A DNA stretch of 62,968 nucleotides, filler included, from Chiloscyllium plagiosum (GCF_004010195.1; 3 parts of one record of this genome joined end to end with filler, not necessarily neighbours in it), one strand, 5' to 3'. Positions 25,306-38,119 are shown, counted from the whole stretch's first letter. Made by a program: numbers and translations. Notes: generated from the sequence alone by a model not told the origin.

Positions 25306-26340
25306 GTGCCCCCAGTTTGTACCATCATGTCTCTCAGTGACTACCAGGGGGGTTACCTCCTGATTTGAAACATGTGCCTCTGCTGTCCAATTTACTCCTT
25401 ATTACAGCAAGGGCTGATAACTTCAAACTGATATTTCCACAACCAAGGCCTATACTCACAGTGTTTCCCAGAGAGTGCACAAGACACACTGCGCACTTAG
25501 TGTTACCACATGGGGACTGCTGCACAAAAATATGTTAAAAGGGGCCAGGAACTTAAATACGTCTGTTCAAAGTCCAACAATAAAAGGAGGCGTGTTGTAC
25601 CTCAGTTCCTAGGATATGGTGATTGATTATTCTGCTGGGTAGATGTCTGAAAATTCAACCTTTTCCCTAAATTTCTGTTGACCATTCTCTGTCACATCTT
25701 TTACCCTGGACTAGCACCTCAAATACAATTGAAATGTAGGGCTTGATTTTCAAATTCAGTTTCCCAGTGATATTAAAGGATAACCATCTGCCACTAACCA
25801 CCTCATTTAATTAATTTGTACAGAGCCCTGTAATTATTATAAATCTGGTAAGCTAGCAATAGGGCCTGCTATTTGATAGGACTAAAATTGCCTCTCTCCA
25901 GATGTCTCTGAACAATGCTCAGATGACATGGAACACCCTCCTATAGAGTTTCACTCATCTTTACTATCTGGCTTTCTATTCATGAGTTACCTATCTTTCT
26001 ACTGCATTGACAATGGGCTTAGCAACAGATTAATTCAACTTTACTGCTATATAGCTTTATCTTTGTTTGGAGTCACAAATGCAGGTCATTAAATGCCTTC
26101 TGTAAATCAAGTATATTAGACCCATTGCATCTTGTAAATTGGACAGCCTTCAAAGAATTCCTGTGAAGTAGAGTTGTAGTCTTTCTAATCTTCATGATCA
26201 TTGAGAAATAAAAGCAGGAGAAATGTCTTTCCAAACCACTCAGATGCACAGTGGTGACAATGTCCTGATTTATTGCCCAGTTGGATGTCGCAGTGATAAA
26301 GGAAACATCAAAGCTTCAGCAGCTCTTTCCACTGGCGTTT

Positions 26341-29114
26341 GACAATGGGTGTGGGATCAGACTGTGCTATATCCCAGCATCTGACAATGGGTGTGGGATC
26401 AGCCTGTGCCCCAGCCCAGGGCCTGACAATGGGTGTGGGATCAGACTGTGCCCTGACCCAGTATCTGACAATGGGTTTGGGATCAGACTGTGCTATATCC
26501 CAGCATCTGACAATGGGTGTGGGATCAGACTGTGCCCCAGCCCAGGGTCTGACAATGGGTGTGGGATCAGACTGTGCTATATCCCAGCATCTGACAATGG
26601 GTGTGGGATCAGCCTGTGCCCCAGCCCAGGGCCTGACAATGGGTGTGGGATCAGACTGTGCCCTGACCCAGTGTCTGACAATGGGTGTGGGATCAGACTG
26701 TGCTATATCCCAGCATCTGACAATGGGTGTGGGATCAGACTGTGACCCAGCTCAGGGCCTGATGATGGGTGTGGGATCAGACTGTGCCCCGGCCCAGGGT
26801 CTGACAATGAGTGTGGGATCAGACTGTGCCCCGACCCAGGGTCTGACAATGGGTGTGGGATCAGACTGTGCCCCGGCCCAGGGTCTGACAATGGGTGTGG
26901 GATCAGACTGTGCCCCGGCCCAGGGCCTGACAACGGGTGTGGGATCAGACTGTGCCCCAGCCCAGGGCCTGACAACGGGTGTGGGATCAGACTGTGCCCC
27001 AGCCCAGGGCCTGACAATGGGTGTGGGATCAGACTGTGCCCCAGCCCAGGGTCGGACAATAGGTGTGGGATCAGACTATGCTCCAGCCCAGGGTCTGACA
27101 ATGGGTGTGGGATCAGACTGTGCCCCGGCTCAGGGTCTGACAATGGGTGTGGGATCAGACTGTGCCCTGATCCAGGGCCTGACCATGGGTGTGGGATCAG
27201 ACTTTGCTCCAGCCCAGGGTCTGACAATTGGTGTGGGATCAGACTGTGCCCCAGCCCAGGGCCTGACAATGGGTGTGGGATCAGACTGTGCCCCGGCCCA
27301 GGGCCTGACAATGGGTGTGGGATCAGACTGTGCCCCAGCCCAGGGTCTGACAATGGGTGTGGGATCAGACTGTGCCCCGGCCCAGGGCCTGACAATGGGT
27401 GTGGGATCAGACTGTGCCCCAGCCCAGGGTCTGACAATGGGTGTGGGATCAGACTGTGACCCAGCTCAGGGCCTGATGATGGGTGTGGGATCAGACTGTG
27501 CCCCGGCCCAGGGCCTGACAATGGGTGTGGGATCAGACTGTGACCCAGCTCAGGGCCTGATGATGGGTGTGGGATCAGACTGTGCCCCGGCCCAGGGCCT
27601 GACAATGGGTGTGGGATCAGACTGTGACCCAGCTCAGGGCCTGATGATGGGTGTGGGATCAGACTGTGCCCCGGCCCAGGGTCTGACAATGGGTGTGGGA
27701 TCAGACTGTGACCCAGCTCAGGGCCTGATGATGGGTGTGGGATCAGACTGTGCCCCGGCCCAGGGTCTGACAATGGGTGTGGGATCAGACTGTGACCCAG
27801 CTCAGGGCCTGATGATGGGTGTGGGATCAGACTGTGCCCCGGCCCAGGGTCTGACAATGGGTGTGGGATCAGACTGTGACCCAGCTCAGGGCCTGATGAT
27901 GGGTGTGGGATCAGACTGTGCCCCGGCCCAGGGTCTGACAATGGGTGTGGGATCAGACTGTGACCCAGCTCAGGGCCTGATGATGGGTGTGGGATCAGAC
28001 TGTGCCCCGGCCCAGGGTCTGACAATGGGTGTGGGATCAGACTGTGACCCAGCTCAGGGCCTGATGATGGGTGTGGGATCAGACTGTGCCCCGGCCCAGG
28101 GTCTGACAATGGGTGTGGGATCAGACTGTGACCCAGCTCAGGGCCTGATGATGGGTGTGGGATCAGACTGTGCCCCGGCCCAGGGTCTGACAATGGGTGT
28201 GGGATCAGACTGTGACCCAGCTCAGGGCCTGATGATGGGTGTGGGATCTGACAATATGTGTGGGATCAGACTGTGCCCCGGCCCAGGGCCTAACAATGGG
28301 TGTGGGATCAGACTGTGCCCTGACCCAAATGGGTGTGGGATCAGACTGTGCACCGGCCCAGGGCCTGACGATGGGTGTGGAATCAGACTGTGCCCTGACC
28401 CAGGGTCTGACAATAGGTGTGGGATCAGACTGTGCCCCGGCCCAGGGCCTGACAATGGGTGTGGGATCAGACTGTGCCCTGACTTAGGGCCTGACAATGG
28501 GTGTGGGATCAGACTGTGCCCTGACCCAGGGCCTGACAATGGGTGTGGGATCAGACTGTGCCCTGACTCAGGGTCTGACAATGGATGTGGGATCAGACTG
28601 TGCCCTGACTCAGGGTCTGACAATGGGTGTGGGATCAAACTGTGCCCTGACCCAGGGCCTGACAATGGGTGTGGGATCAGACTGTGCCCCGGCCCAGGGC
28701 CTGACGATGGGTGTGGGATCAGACTGTGCCCCGGCCCAGGGTCTGACAATGGTTGTGGGATCAGACTGTGCCCCGGCCCAGGGTCTGACAATGGGTGTGG
28801 GATCAGACTGTGCCACGGCCCAGGGCCTGACAATGGGTGTGGGATCAGACTGTGCCCTGACCCAGGGCCTGACAACGGGTGTGGGATCAGACTGTGCCCC
28901 GCCCAGGGCCTGACAATGGGTGTGGGATCAGACTGTGCCCCAGCCCAGGGTCTGACAATAGGTGTGGGATCAGACTATGCTCCAGCCCAGGGTCTGACAA
29001 TGGGTGTGGGATCAGACTGTGCCCTGACCCAGGGCCTGACAATGGGTGTGGGATCAGACTGTGCCCCGGCTCAGGGCCTGACAATGGGTGTGGGATCAGA
29101 CTGTGCCCTGACCC
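26341..29114 (+). repeat. 42-bp minisatellite, about 66-67 units
   Basis: Consensus GACAATGGGTGTGGGATCAGACTGTGCCCC(A/G)GCCCAGGG(T/C)CT; variant units form higher-order blocks. Confidence 0.98.
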
Positions 29115-29989
29115 ACTGGAGATTCTGCAGCTGCTCCACTAACTCCTCTGGCTGAGCTGCCCTGCCCAGGGATTGCAGCACTTCCCCAAGTGAGCTGCCC
29201 CCTTGGCACCATGAACCTTTCCCAGGAACTGAATCAGTTTCGAATGGACGGACCCATTCCCATTCATTCCTTTTTAGCAGGACGCAATGGGGGAAAGAGC
29301 TACCTGCTGCTCCATTGCCAATACAGGCTGATGCTTTAGTGGTTCACTATTATCACTCTGAGCTGCTGCTTTCAAACAGACAATTCCTGCTGTGGTGAAG
29401 CTCTGACCTCAGCAGTCTGTGTCAGTGCAGTGAAAACAGCAGATGCTGATTGTAAACTCTAACAATCCATCAACGACTGATATGGAGCTATTGTTGTGAA
29501 TTTTAAATAAAACAAAGAATTGTGGATGCTAAAACCCAGTCCTGTGACCTTCACAGCATTAACTATGTTTTCTCTCCATAGTTGCTGCCAGACCTGTTGG
29601 GTTTCTCCAGCAATTTCTGGTTTTGTGTCATTGAAGATGCATTGTTGCTACCTCCCCGTTATAAATAATTTCAATGATTATTTCTTTCACATTCAGTAAT
29701 GACATAAAAGATTGAGGCACTCACTTTGTCATTGATCTATCCCAAGATTAGATATAAAGGAAAAGAATTGTTCTCAGGAAATTAGTGCAGTTTGAATGCA
29801 CTATTATTGCAATATTTATAAATGTATAAAACCATATGATCTAGAAGCAGGTGTAGGCCGTTCAGCCCCTCCAGCCTGCTCTGCTATTCAACACGATCAT
29901 GACTGATCTCATTGTCAGCCTCCACTCAACTTCCTGCCCACTCTCCATAACCCTTTAACCCAACACTGTACTCCTTAAAAATCTGTCTA

Positions 29990-30180
29990 CAGGTCATTCT
30001 GCTGTAACATGTGCTTCATCATTGCGAAATGTGGATGCCGCTTGCATAATGTGAATTGGTCTAGAGATTTTCTATTAGTGATCTTTGACGCGAGTTTCTG
30101 TAGATGCTTTCCATAGTGAGATTTTCTATTGTGCGAGGCTGCAGAGGAACATAACTCTTGTATTAAAGCAGAACAACCTG
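29990..30180. mobile_element. Tc1/mariner (Tigger/pogo-type) MITE, 191 bp
   Basis: TA...TA flanks; 18-bp TIRs CAGGTCATTCTGCTGTAA and TTAAAGCAGAACAACCTG (3 mismatches). Confidence 0.85.
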
Positions 30181-30598
30181 TATCTCCTTCTTTAATTTAC
30201 TCAATCTCCCAGAGTCCATCACATTCTGGGAAATGAATTCCACAGACTGATGACTTTTTGACAAAGGTAATTTCTCTGCATCGCTGTTTTAAATCTGCCA
30301 GCCCTCATCCTAAAACTCGGACGTCTCGTTCCAGATTGCCCCACAAGGAAACATCCTTTCTAATTCCAATCGTCAGTTCCCTTTGGCATCTTACACCCCT
30401 CAATTAGATCTCCTTTGCATTCTTCTAAACTCCAGAGAGTATCGGCCTAAACTGCCCAATCTCTCTTCATAAGACAAACCCCTCATCTCTGAGATCAGTC
30501 TGGGGGCTCTCCTCTGAACTGCCTCCAATACAACCACATCCCTCCCTAAGTAAAGGGACCAAAACTGTATAAAAAACTCCAGGCACTTTCTCATGAAT

Positions 30599-30753
30599 CT
30601 AGATTAGAGTGGTGCTGGAAAAGCACAGCAGTCAGGCAGCATCTGAGGAGCAGGAAAATCAACATTTCGGGTGCTGCCTGACCTGCTGTGCTTTTCCAGC
30701 ACCACTCTAATCTAGAGTCTGGTTTCCAGCATCTGCAGCCCTTGTTTTTATCT
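30599..30753. mobile_element. Fold-back pLTR-only PLE derivative
   Basis: Head-to-head pLTR halves; perfect 14-bp TSD ACTTTCTCATGAAT at 30585-30598 and 30754-30767. Confidence 0.9.
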
Positions 30754-32080
30754 ACTTTCTCATGAATGCTTTGTACAGTTGCAGCAACGTGTCCCTACTT
30801 TTACACTGTGTTCCTTTAGCAATAAATACCAAAATTCCTTTTGTCTGCCTTATCACCCAGGGTACCTACAGACTAGTTTTCTGTGGTACATCCACCAGGT
30901 CACCCAGACCCCTCTGCACTGAAGCACTCTGAGTTCCTTTGTATCTTTCAGTAATATTCCCCCACTGGTGGTATCACTGTAATTTGAAATATTGTGGCTT
31001 TTTTGACTTCTGCCCATGCTTTGTGTGAGAAAGTACAATTTCAGATCTTTCTATTTATTTTGTCATTGTTATGGCTGTAGCTGGGTTTTAAAACTTTAAA
31101 AATTCACAGTAACATTTCTGACATCATATTCTCTCATTAGCTGTGAATTTAGTTCTGAATCCTCAGTTTAGCGCACCCTAGAAATTTGTGAAGATGACAA
31201 TGATCTCTGCTTTTATAACTTTAAGGTCACAAACGTGCAAAGCCATAAATTGCAGCATTTGTTTATTATCTTCAAGCTGCACTGAAATCTGAGATGGCAT
31301 CAGTAATTGGCTTGAATTTCTTTAATCATCTGTGCAACGTAGCCTCGTCATTTTCCAACATTTTTAATCAGGTAGAAGATTAAATTGAATAATCAGCAGT
31401 AATATGATTACTGCTCTAAAAAAAGTTGTGACACCTGTATTGCCAATAATAACACCAGCTACTGCACACTGCAAAGCTATAAAGAGCCATAAAATAGTTC
31501 ACTAGCTTATTGTTAAACTAAATCAACATACGAGCACAGCATCTCCTTAGTGTTTTTATATTTTATCCAGAGTGTAGCTGAGTGTTTATTTCTTTGCTGT
31601 ATCTTCAGATGATTCCTGCACAGAGTGTTTACACTTCAATACTTTTACCAATGTCTCTCCTTTATGGTCTTTCTCTGACGGTTATTTCCATGAACAGATT
31701 GCATTAACTTTAAACTGAAATGTGAGTTACTTTTTCATGATGTGTATGGAAATAGTGAAGCCAATTGATCTCAAACCAACAAAAAGGACATCTTGCATTA
31801 AACCATCTGCTTTAATACTGAACATGCTCCAAAGGTACTTGAGGGAGAGACAGATCCCCATCCCCTCTCCCTCCGCCAACAGACTCAATCCCCTTCCCCC
31901 GCCACTCCAGGTCTGACTCAACCCCCAAATAACCCCCCGCCCAGTCATGCCCCCAGTGGACCCAACACACAGCTATTCCCTTTCCTGTCTCCAGGCTGGC
32001 TGCATTAATTATGTTATAATTTTCTCAGTTCCAAAGAATTCTAGCTTTTTACTGAATGTTGATGCTGGGCGAACTGGCCT

Positions 32081-32240
32081 GGGAGACAGTAAGGCCTGCA
32101 GATGCTGGAAGAGTCAATAGATGTGGAGGCGGAAAAGTTCAGCAGGTCAGGCAGCATCCGAGGGGCTGATCCAGACGGGAACATTGACTTTCCAGTTCCT
32201 CAGATGCTGGCTGACCTGCTGTATCTTTCCAGTTTCTCAT
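32081..32240. mobile_element. Fold-back pLTR-only PLE derivative (older)
   Basis: Inverted CAGCAGGTCAGGCAGCATC / GATGCTGGCTGACCTGCTG; 11-bp TSD CGAACTGGCCT at 32070-32080 and 32241-32251. Confidence 0.85.
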
Positions 32241-33107
32241 CGAACTGGCCTACAATTCCGTATCGTTCTGCTCACTAAATAAAAACAATTCTTGTCAGAG
32301 ATATCATGGACAAAAACAATAACCCTCTACACATCTATCACAGAACAAAGCATGATGGAAGCAGAAAACTGGTAACAGAAGCTACAACATTAACAGTTAA
32401 AGAGAACCTCCAGGTGACACAAGAAAAACAACAAATTCAAGGACACACCGAGACATTGAAACAGCAGAAACAAACTGGAAGGCAGCTCAGGAGAGTGCAC
32501 TGCAGTGAGCAGGAGGGAAGGTGCAGTTACAAATACAGGAACAGTTCCAGGGTTCAACATAAGTATGGAATTCAGCTGAACAGCCCCAGGAAAATTCCTA
32601 AGTGTGGAAGGATACCGACAGGTCTGGGAATGAGAAAGCTGGAGAGAAAGGTTCTTGAATTTACAGAGTTGCCTCAGTTTTGGATAAAAAAGGTCACAAA
32701 GATTATCTTAGTTTTTTCTGTCATAAACTCCAAAAAGCAAAGGTTCCCCTCACACTGAAATAGTGGAGCTGTGTCCTCGATAACCATCAGGATGCACACA
32801 CTGCCCAATCCTGCAGCAGGCATAGCCCTGAGGTAATAAACCGGGACATCACCAACCTCCCTGTAGCTTTGTGTTCCAAGATGTGCAAATAACTGCAGCA
32901 AAACTACAGAGCCCATCTCTCAACACGGTGCTGAACCACTCTGGTGGATCTTGTACTTGTCTCTCGGCAGGTTGTGTGACAGTCACTTGATGTTACTCAA
33001 TGTTACAGGGGCTTGCTGTTCTCTCATCTTCACTGACTCCTTCTCCTGTACCTTCTCAGTCAGAGCAAAACCACAAAAAGGCAGCTAATTAATCACTGTT
33101 CGTTCTG

Positions 33108-33757
33108 AAGCAGACGGATCTCAGTGTCCATGTACATAGATCCCTGAAAGTTGCCACCCAGGTTGATAGGGTTGTAAAGAAGGCATACGGTGTGTTCGCT
33201 TTTATTGGTGGAGGGATTGAGTTTCGTAGCCATGAGATCATGCTGCAGCTGTACAAAACTCTGGTGCGGCCACACTTGGAGTATTGTGTACAGTTCTGGT
33301 CACTGCATTATAGGAAGGATGTGGAAGCTTTAGAAAGGGTGCCTGGTATGGAAGGAAGGTCTTATGAGGAAAGGCTGAGGGACTTGAGGCTGTTTTTGTT
33401 AGAGAGAAGAAGGTTGAGAGGTGACTTAATAGAGACATATAAGATAATCAGAGGGTTAGATAGGGTGGACAGGGAGAGCCTTTTTCCTCAGATGGCGATG
33501 GCTAGCACAAGGGGACATAGCTTTAAATTGAAAGGTGATAGATATAGGACAGATGTCAGAGGTAGGTTCTTTACTCAGTAGTAGTAGGGGTGTGGAATGC
33601 CCTGCCTGCAACAGTAGTAGACATTTAAACGGTCATTGGATAGGCATATGGATGAAAATGGAATAGTATAGGTTAGATGGGTTTTAGATTGGTTCCACAG
33701 AGCAGCACAACATTGAGGGCTGAAGGGCCTGTACTGCGCTGTAATGTTCTATGTTCC
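33108..33757 (+). mobile_element. CR1 3' fragment
   Basis: ORF 33192-33581 LYKTLVRPHLEYCVQFWS..RRRLRGDLIETYKI..TRGH; ATGTTCT tail. Confidence 0.95.
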
Positions 33758-33829
33758 AAGAAGAAGGGTGTTAATGAGATGCAAATATATAGAAATATAT
33801 TTCTTGCCATCCAACAGTGAGGTTCTGAT

Positions 33830-34000
33830 TAATCAACATCAAGATCTGAATTTTGGATTGCTGACCAATTACGTCATCTCACTTGTCATTGTTATTTCTG
33901 TATCGGAGATGAGAAAGTTCTGCACGAATTTCAATTTGGGAATTCTTGTGGGTGAACATTGTGCAGACCACCCTCAGACGACCTCTCACCTGCAGCAGCA
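33830..34000 (+). mobile_element. Possible RTE-clade endonuclease remnant
   Basis: Frameshifted QH(P)RS.FW...YVI and EHCADH resemble the RTE HPRSKHW..DYVI / DCWTDH motifs. Confidence 0.35.
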
Positions 34001-35687
34001 TGATGTACTGTGCCTGGCCTTATGCTTCCCTCCCATTCTTTCTGAAGTTCCTGGTGAATGCTTGCTTCCTGGTGACCATTATAAGTTAGTGTAGCACAGT
34101 GTACATCTTCAGAGAATTTCCAAACATGACACTGTTGAAATCTTGAAAAAGTTCCTCAGTGCGTTTTTCAAAAGACCTCTTCAAACTATCTTCAGCAAGG
34201 GGAAAGTAAAAGGTGATGTACAGTAGTACCCAAAATCCTCAGCAGCAACTTGTCAATTCCCAGAGCTCGTCATCAAGGAGATGACACTAGGGCAAACAGG
34301 AAGATACCATGCATCCTCCTTAATGAGTACTACCAGGCCATTAAAATAGAGCTCACTCATTAATGATTCTCCAGGTGGCTGTTTATATCTCAATAACTCC
34401 TTTATCTAGATGTTGTCTTCCAAGAAACATGGACTAAACCAACACTTTAGCTTAGGGTCCCATTTTGTCCACCTCTGGGACTCTTTATCAACTACAGCGT
34501 AATGGGACAACTGCTCCCAAAGAGCCTGTTAGTGGAACAAATGTTTAGCAAGTGTTGTACAACAGACTGTAAGAGAGGATACATTAGGTTAAAGCCTGAA
34601 ACACTAACTGAGGATTACTCAAGTATAATTATAACCAAGATACTTACCTAATCTAACCTTATCTCCAGTGACTAACGTGTACATCAGGATCCATCAATAA
34701 CATTTAATGTTTCACAATTTTGCTCACTCTGACTCACTGGTTAACACAATGTTATTTCCTTCAATAGTTTGGAATCCAAGGTGTCAGTGTGTTATATCCA
34801 GTGACTCTCCTCAAGTGGGCAAATGCTTCCACAATGAAAGAGGAAGCTCAGTAGTTGACTGTTGTGGAAGTTCTGACACCTGCCTATTCTGGGCCAGGAG
34901 ATTACCTGGATAGATATATTAATACTACGGCTTCTGATGTGACACATCTAAAGTCATTTGATTGCAGCAGTTGGGCATTGAGGATGTGACATTGTCCTGA
35001 GGGACATCGCCACCATCTGTGCTGCTGAGCACTTGTTCAGTCCCATCTCTCCGGGAGCAGCCAGCTGGAACTCTGCTTTCTGATAGCCTCAGGCTGATTG
35101 TTGAACATAGTCAACCCAGACAGAACTGACCAATCCAAACTGCAGCCCTTCGCAAGGTCAAAGAGGCATTTTAGGCAAAAATTGTTCACGCTAGTGGAGT
35201 CTGGAATATTCTCTTTCTGGTGGTCTGGAGCTCAATGAGACTGTACTCAAAAACAAGTGTGACTCTGATACAGTTGGCCTCCAGTTGCACCGCTAAATTG
35301 GCACATTTTTCAAAAGTCTGCGAAATGCTGTTACTGACTTAAGAGAATAGATCTGAAAGCTGGCCTCAGGACCTCCATAAGCTGGATTTTTGGGTCCAGA
35401 TGGAGGAAAGAATGAGAGAGCAAACCACTGCAATTTGTGTTTTGTTGAGAAAATACCATTCCCCTCAGTGTTTGTCAGAGCAGGGAGGCCTGGTGTTCAG
35501 CTGCACCACTCCCAAGGACAGACCCATTGTGAAGACCACAGGAAACTTGCACTTGTTTCTGCAAATTGTTTACATTGTTGTGATGCAGAGATTTGGAATC
35601 CTTAAAAAGAAAGTCTGGTTGGAGGGTTCATGATCACGAAGAAGGGCTGCTGAGGGAGTTGGGAACATTCAGACAGCAACACTACAA

Positions 35688-37650
35688 CATCATAAGATAC
35701 AGGAGCAGAATTAGACAATTCAGCCCATCCAGTCTGCTCCACCTTTTGATCATGGCTAACATGTTTCTCAAATCTATTCTCCTGCCTTCTCCCCAACCCT
35801 TGATTTCCCTACTCATCGAGAACCTATCTCTGTCTTAAATGACTCAATGACTTGACTTCCACAGCCCTCTGTAGCAATGGGTTCCACAGATCCCCCACCC
35901 TCTGGCTGAAGAAATTTCTACCCCTCTCAGTTCTAAAGGGTCACCTCTTCACTCCGAGGCTGTGCTCTCAGGTCCTAGTCTCTCCGACCTGTGGAAACAT
36001 CTTCTCAAATGTCCACTCTATCCAGGCCTCTCTGCATTCTCAAAGCTTCAATCGGACTCCCACCCCCCAATCCTTCTGAAGTCCATCCAGGGGAATAGCC
36101 TGGTTGCTCACTGCTGCCTCGCAGCACCAGGGGCCTGAATTCAATTCCAGCCTCAGGTGACTCTCTATTGGAGTTTACACGTTCTTCCTGTGTCTGCATG
36201 GGTTTCCTCCTGGAGCTCTGGTTTCCTCCCACAGATCAAAGATGTGTTGGTTAGATGGATTAGCCACGGGAAATTCAAGGTTACAAGGATAGCGTGGGGG
36301 GGGGTTGGGTCTAGGTGAGATGCTCTTTTGTTTTTAACCCATTCTAATCTTCCCAGTACTGTACTCTCTTCCCTCTCAATCATCTCTGGGCATTTATTTG
36401 ACTTATTTTGTCAACTAAAGAAGTTGTTTAATTGTTTTGTCGTTTCCTTGTTCACCATTATCAAAAACTTCATTACAATGTCTTATTGGAAAAAATTGTT
36501 CTGGAATCTTCTTCTTGAGGCTTGTTTATGTCATGACTGTGGCCAAGAGGCTGCTGTAGACTCAATGGGCCAAATGGCCTGCTTCCTCACTGACTCTAAG
36601 TACAAATCCAGAATTTTCAACCGCAATTTGTAAGTCAAGCCCCTCATCTCTGGGATCATTCCTGTGAACCTCCTCTGGACCCCATCCAACACCAGCACAT
36701 CCTTCCTTAGATGCAGGGCCCAGAATGCATTCCAAATGCGGTCTGACCACAGTCTGATACAGCCTCAACAGTGCATCCCTGCTCTTGTATTCTAGCCCTC
36801 TTGAAATGTATGCCAACCTTGTGTTTGCTTTCCCACCTGCCAACTGAACCTGCTTGTTAACCTGAAGAGAATCCTGAACCAGGAGTCCCAAGTCCTTTTG
36901 TGCTTCAGATTTCCAAAGTCTTGCCCCATTTAGAAAATCGTCTATGCCCCTACTTTTCCTACCAAAGTGCATAACCTCACACTTTCCCTCATTATATTCC
37001 ATCTCCACATCTTTGCCCACTTTCCCAGCTTGTCCATCTCCTACTGCAGCCTCCCCACTTCCTTGGCACTACCTGTCCCTCCACCAACCTTGTGCCATCT
37101 GCAAAACGTAGCAACAATGTCCTCAGTTCTTTTGCCCAGGTTGTTTACATACAACGTGACTATTTGTGGTCCCAACACAGACCCCTATTGAACGCCACTA
37201 GGCACCAGCTGCCATTCTGGAAAAGACCCCTTTATCCCCACTCTCTGCCTTCTGCCAATGAGCCAATCCTCTATCCATGCCAGTACCTTGCCCCTAACAC
37301 CATGGAATCTTATCATATTTAACAGCCTCATGCATGGCACCTTGTCAAAGATTTCCTGGAAATCCAAATATTCACATCCACGGGCTCTCCTGTATCTTAC
37401 TTGCTCGTTACCACCTCAAAGAATTCTAACAAATTTGTCAGCACGGCTTTGTCCTCTTGACAAAGCCGTGCTGACTCAGCCCTATTTTACCACGCACTTC
37501 CAAATGCTCCACAATCTCTTCTTTAATAATGGACTCTAAATCCTACCAAGGTCAAACTAACCAGCCTATAGTTTCCTGTCTTCTGGCTCCCTCCCTTTTT
37601 AAACCGGGGTGGGGGAGGGGTTACATTAACCATTTTCCAGTTCCAGTTCA
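35688..37650 (-). mobile_element. CR1 RT and 3' end, interrupted by a SINE
   Basis: MDFQEIFDKVP, WIEDWLIGRRQRVGI, KCEVMHFGRK, LYQTVVRPHLE. Confidence 0.9.
36085..36593 (+). mobile_element. Older HE1-type SINE carrying a 232-bp foreign insert
   Basis: HE1 body 36098-36327; tail resumes ACTCAATGGGCCAAATGGCCTG at 36560. Confidence 0.85.
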
Positions 37651-38024
37651 AGGCTTCCATTCACACACAGAAACTGACACCTTCATGAGATAATTCTGAT
37701 TAGCTCCTGCTTTGTGTTATGTCCCAACCTCTCGAGATTGGCACCTCCTAGAGAATTATTAGCTTTCAGTTCCATTAATTTCTCCAACACTATTGTTTTT
37801 AACCCATTCTAATCTTCCCAGTACTGTACTCTCTTCCCTCTCAATCATCTCTGGGCATTTATTTGACTTATTTTGTCAACTAAAGAAGTTGTTTAATTGT
37901 TTTGTCGTTTCCTTGTTCACCATTATCAAAAACTTCATTACAATGTCTTATTGGAAAAAATTGTTCTGGAATCTTCTTCTTGAGGCTTGTTTATGTCATG
38001 ACTGTGGCCAAGAGGCTGCTGTAG
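36328..38024 (+). repeat. Exact 232-bp direct repeat pair (36328-36559 and 37793-38024)
   Basis: Base-for-base identical on reading; ORF translations identical over the shared part. Confidence 0.97.
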
Positions 38025-38119
38025 TGCCCTATAAAAGTGATGATTTCTCAACGACTTATCCATTCCTCCTCCACTTCCCTCACTGTGTGTTCACGGCCAC
38101 TGCACACTCAGACTGGGTA

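Larger units (their letters stand above)
29825..30945 (-). mobile_element. CR1 3' fragment hosting two younger insertions
   Basis: LEFFIQFWSLYLGRDVVVLEAVQRR..GLSYEERL..YSLEFRRM. Confidence 0.88.

Noticed and set aside
26339..28249. LTMGVGS repeat resembling the ice-nucleation protein LTAGYGS motif
   Set aside because: Period is 14 rather than 16, there are no TxT motifs and no flanking domains; superficial resemblance.
26341..29114. CRISPR-like look of a constant repeat plus variable segment
   Set aside because: Variable parts are point variants of one sequence, not unique spacers; eukaryotic context and no cas genes.
32306..32758. 150-aa K/Q-rich ORF
   Set aside because: No recognisable domain or splice structure; A-rich strand bias, probably decayed LINE sequence.
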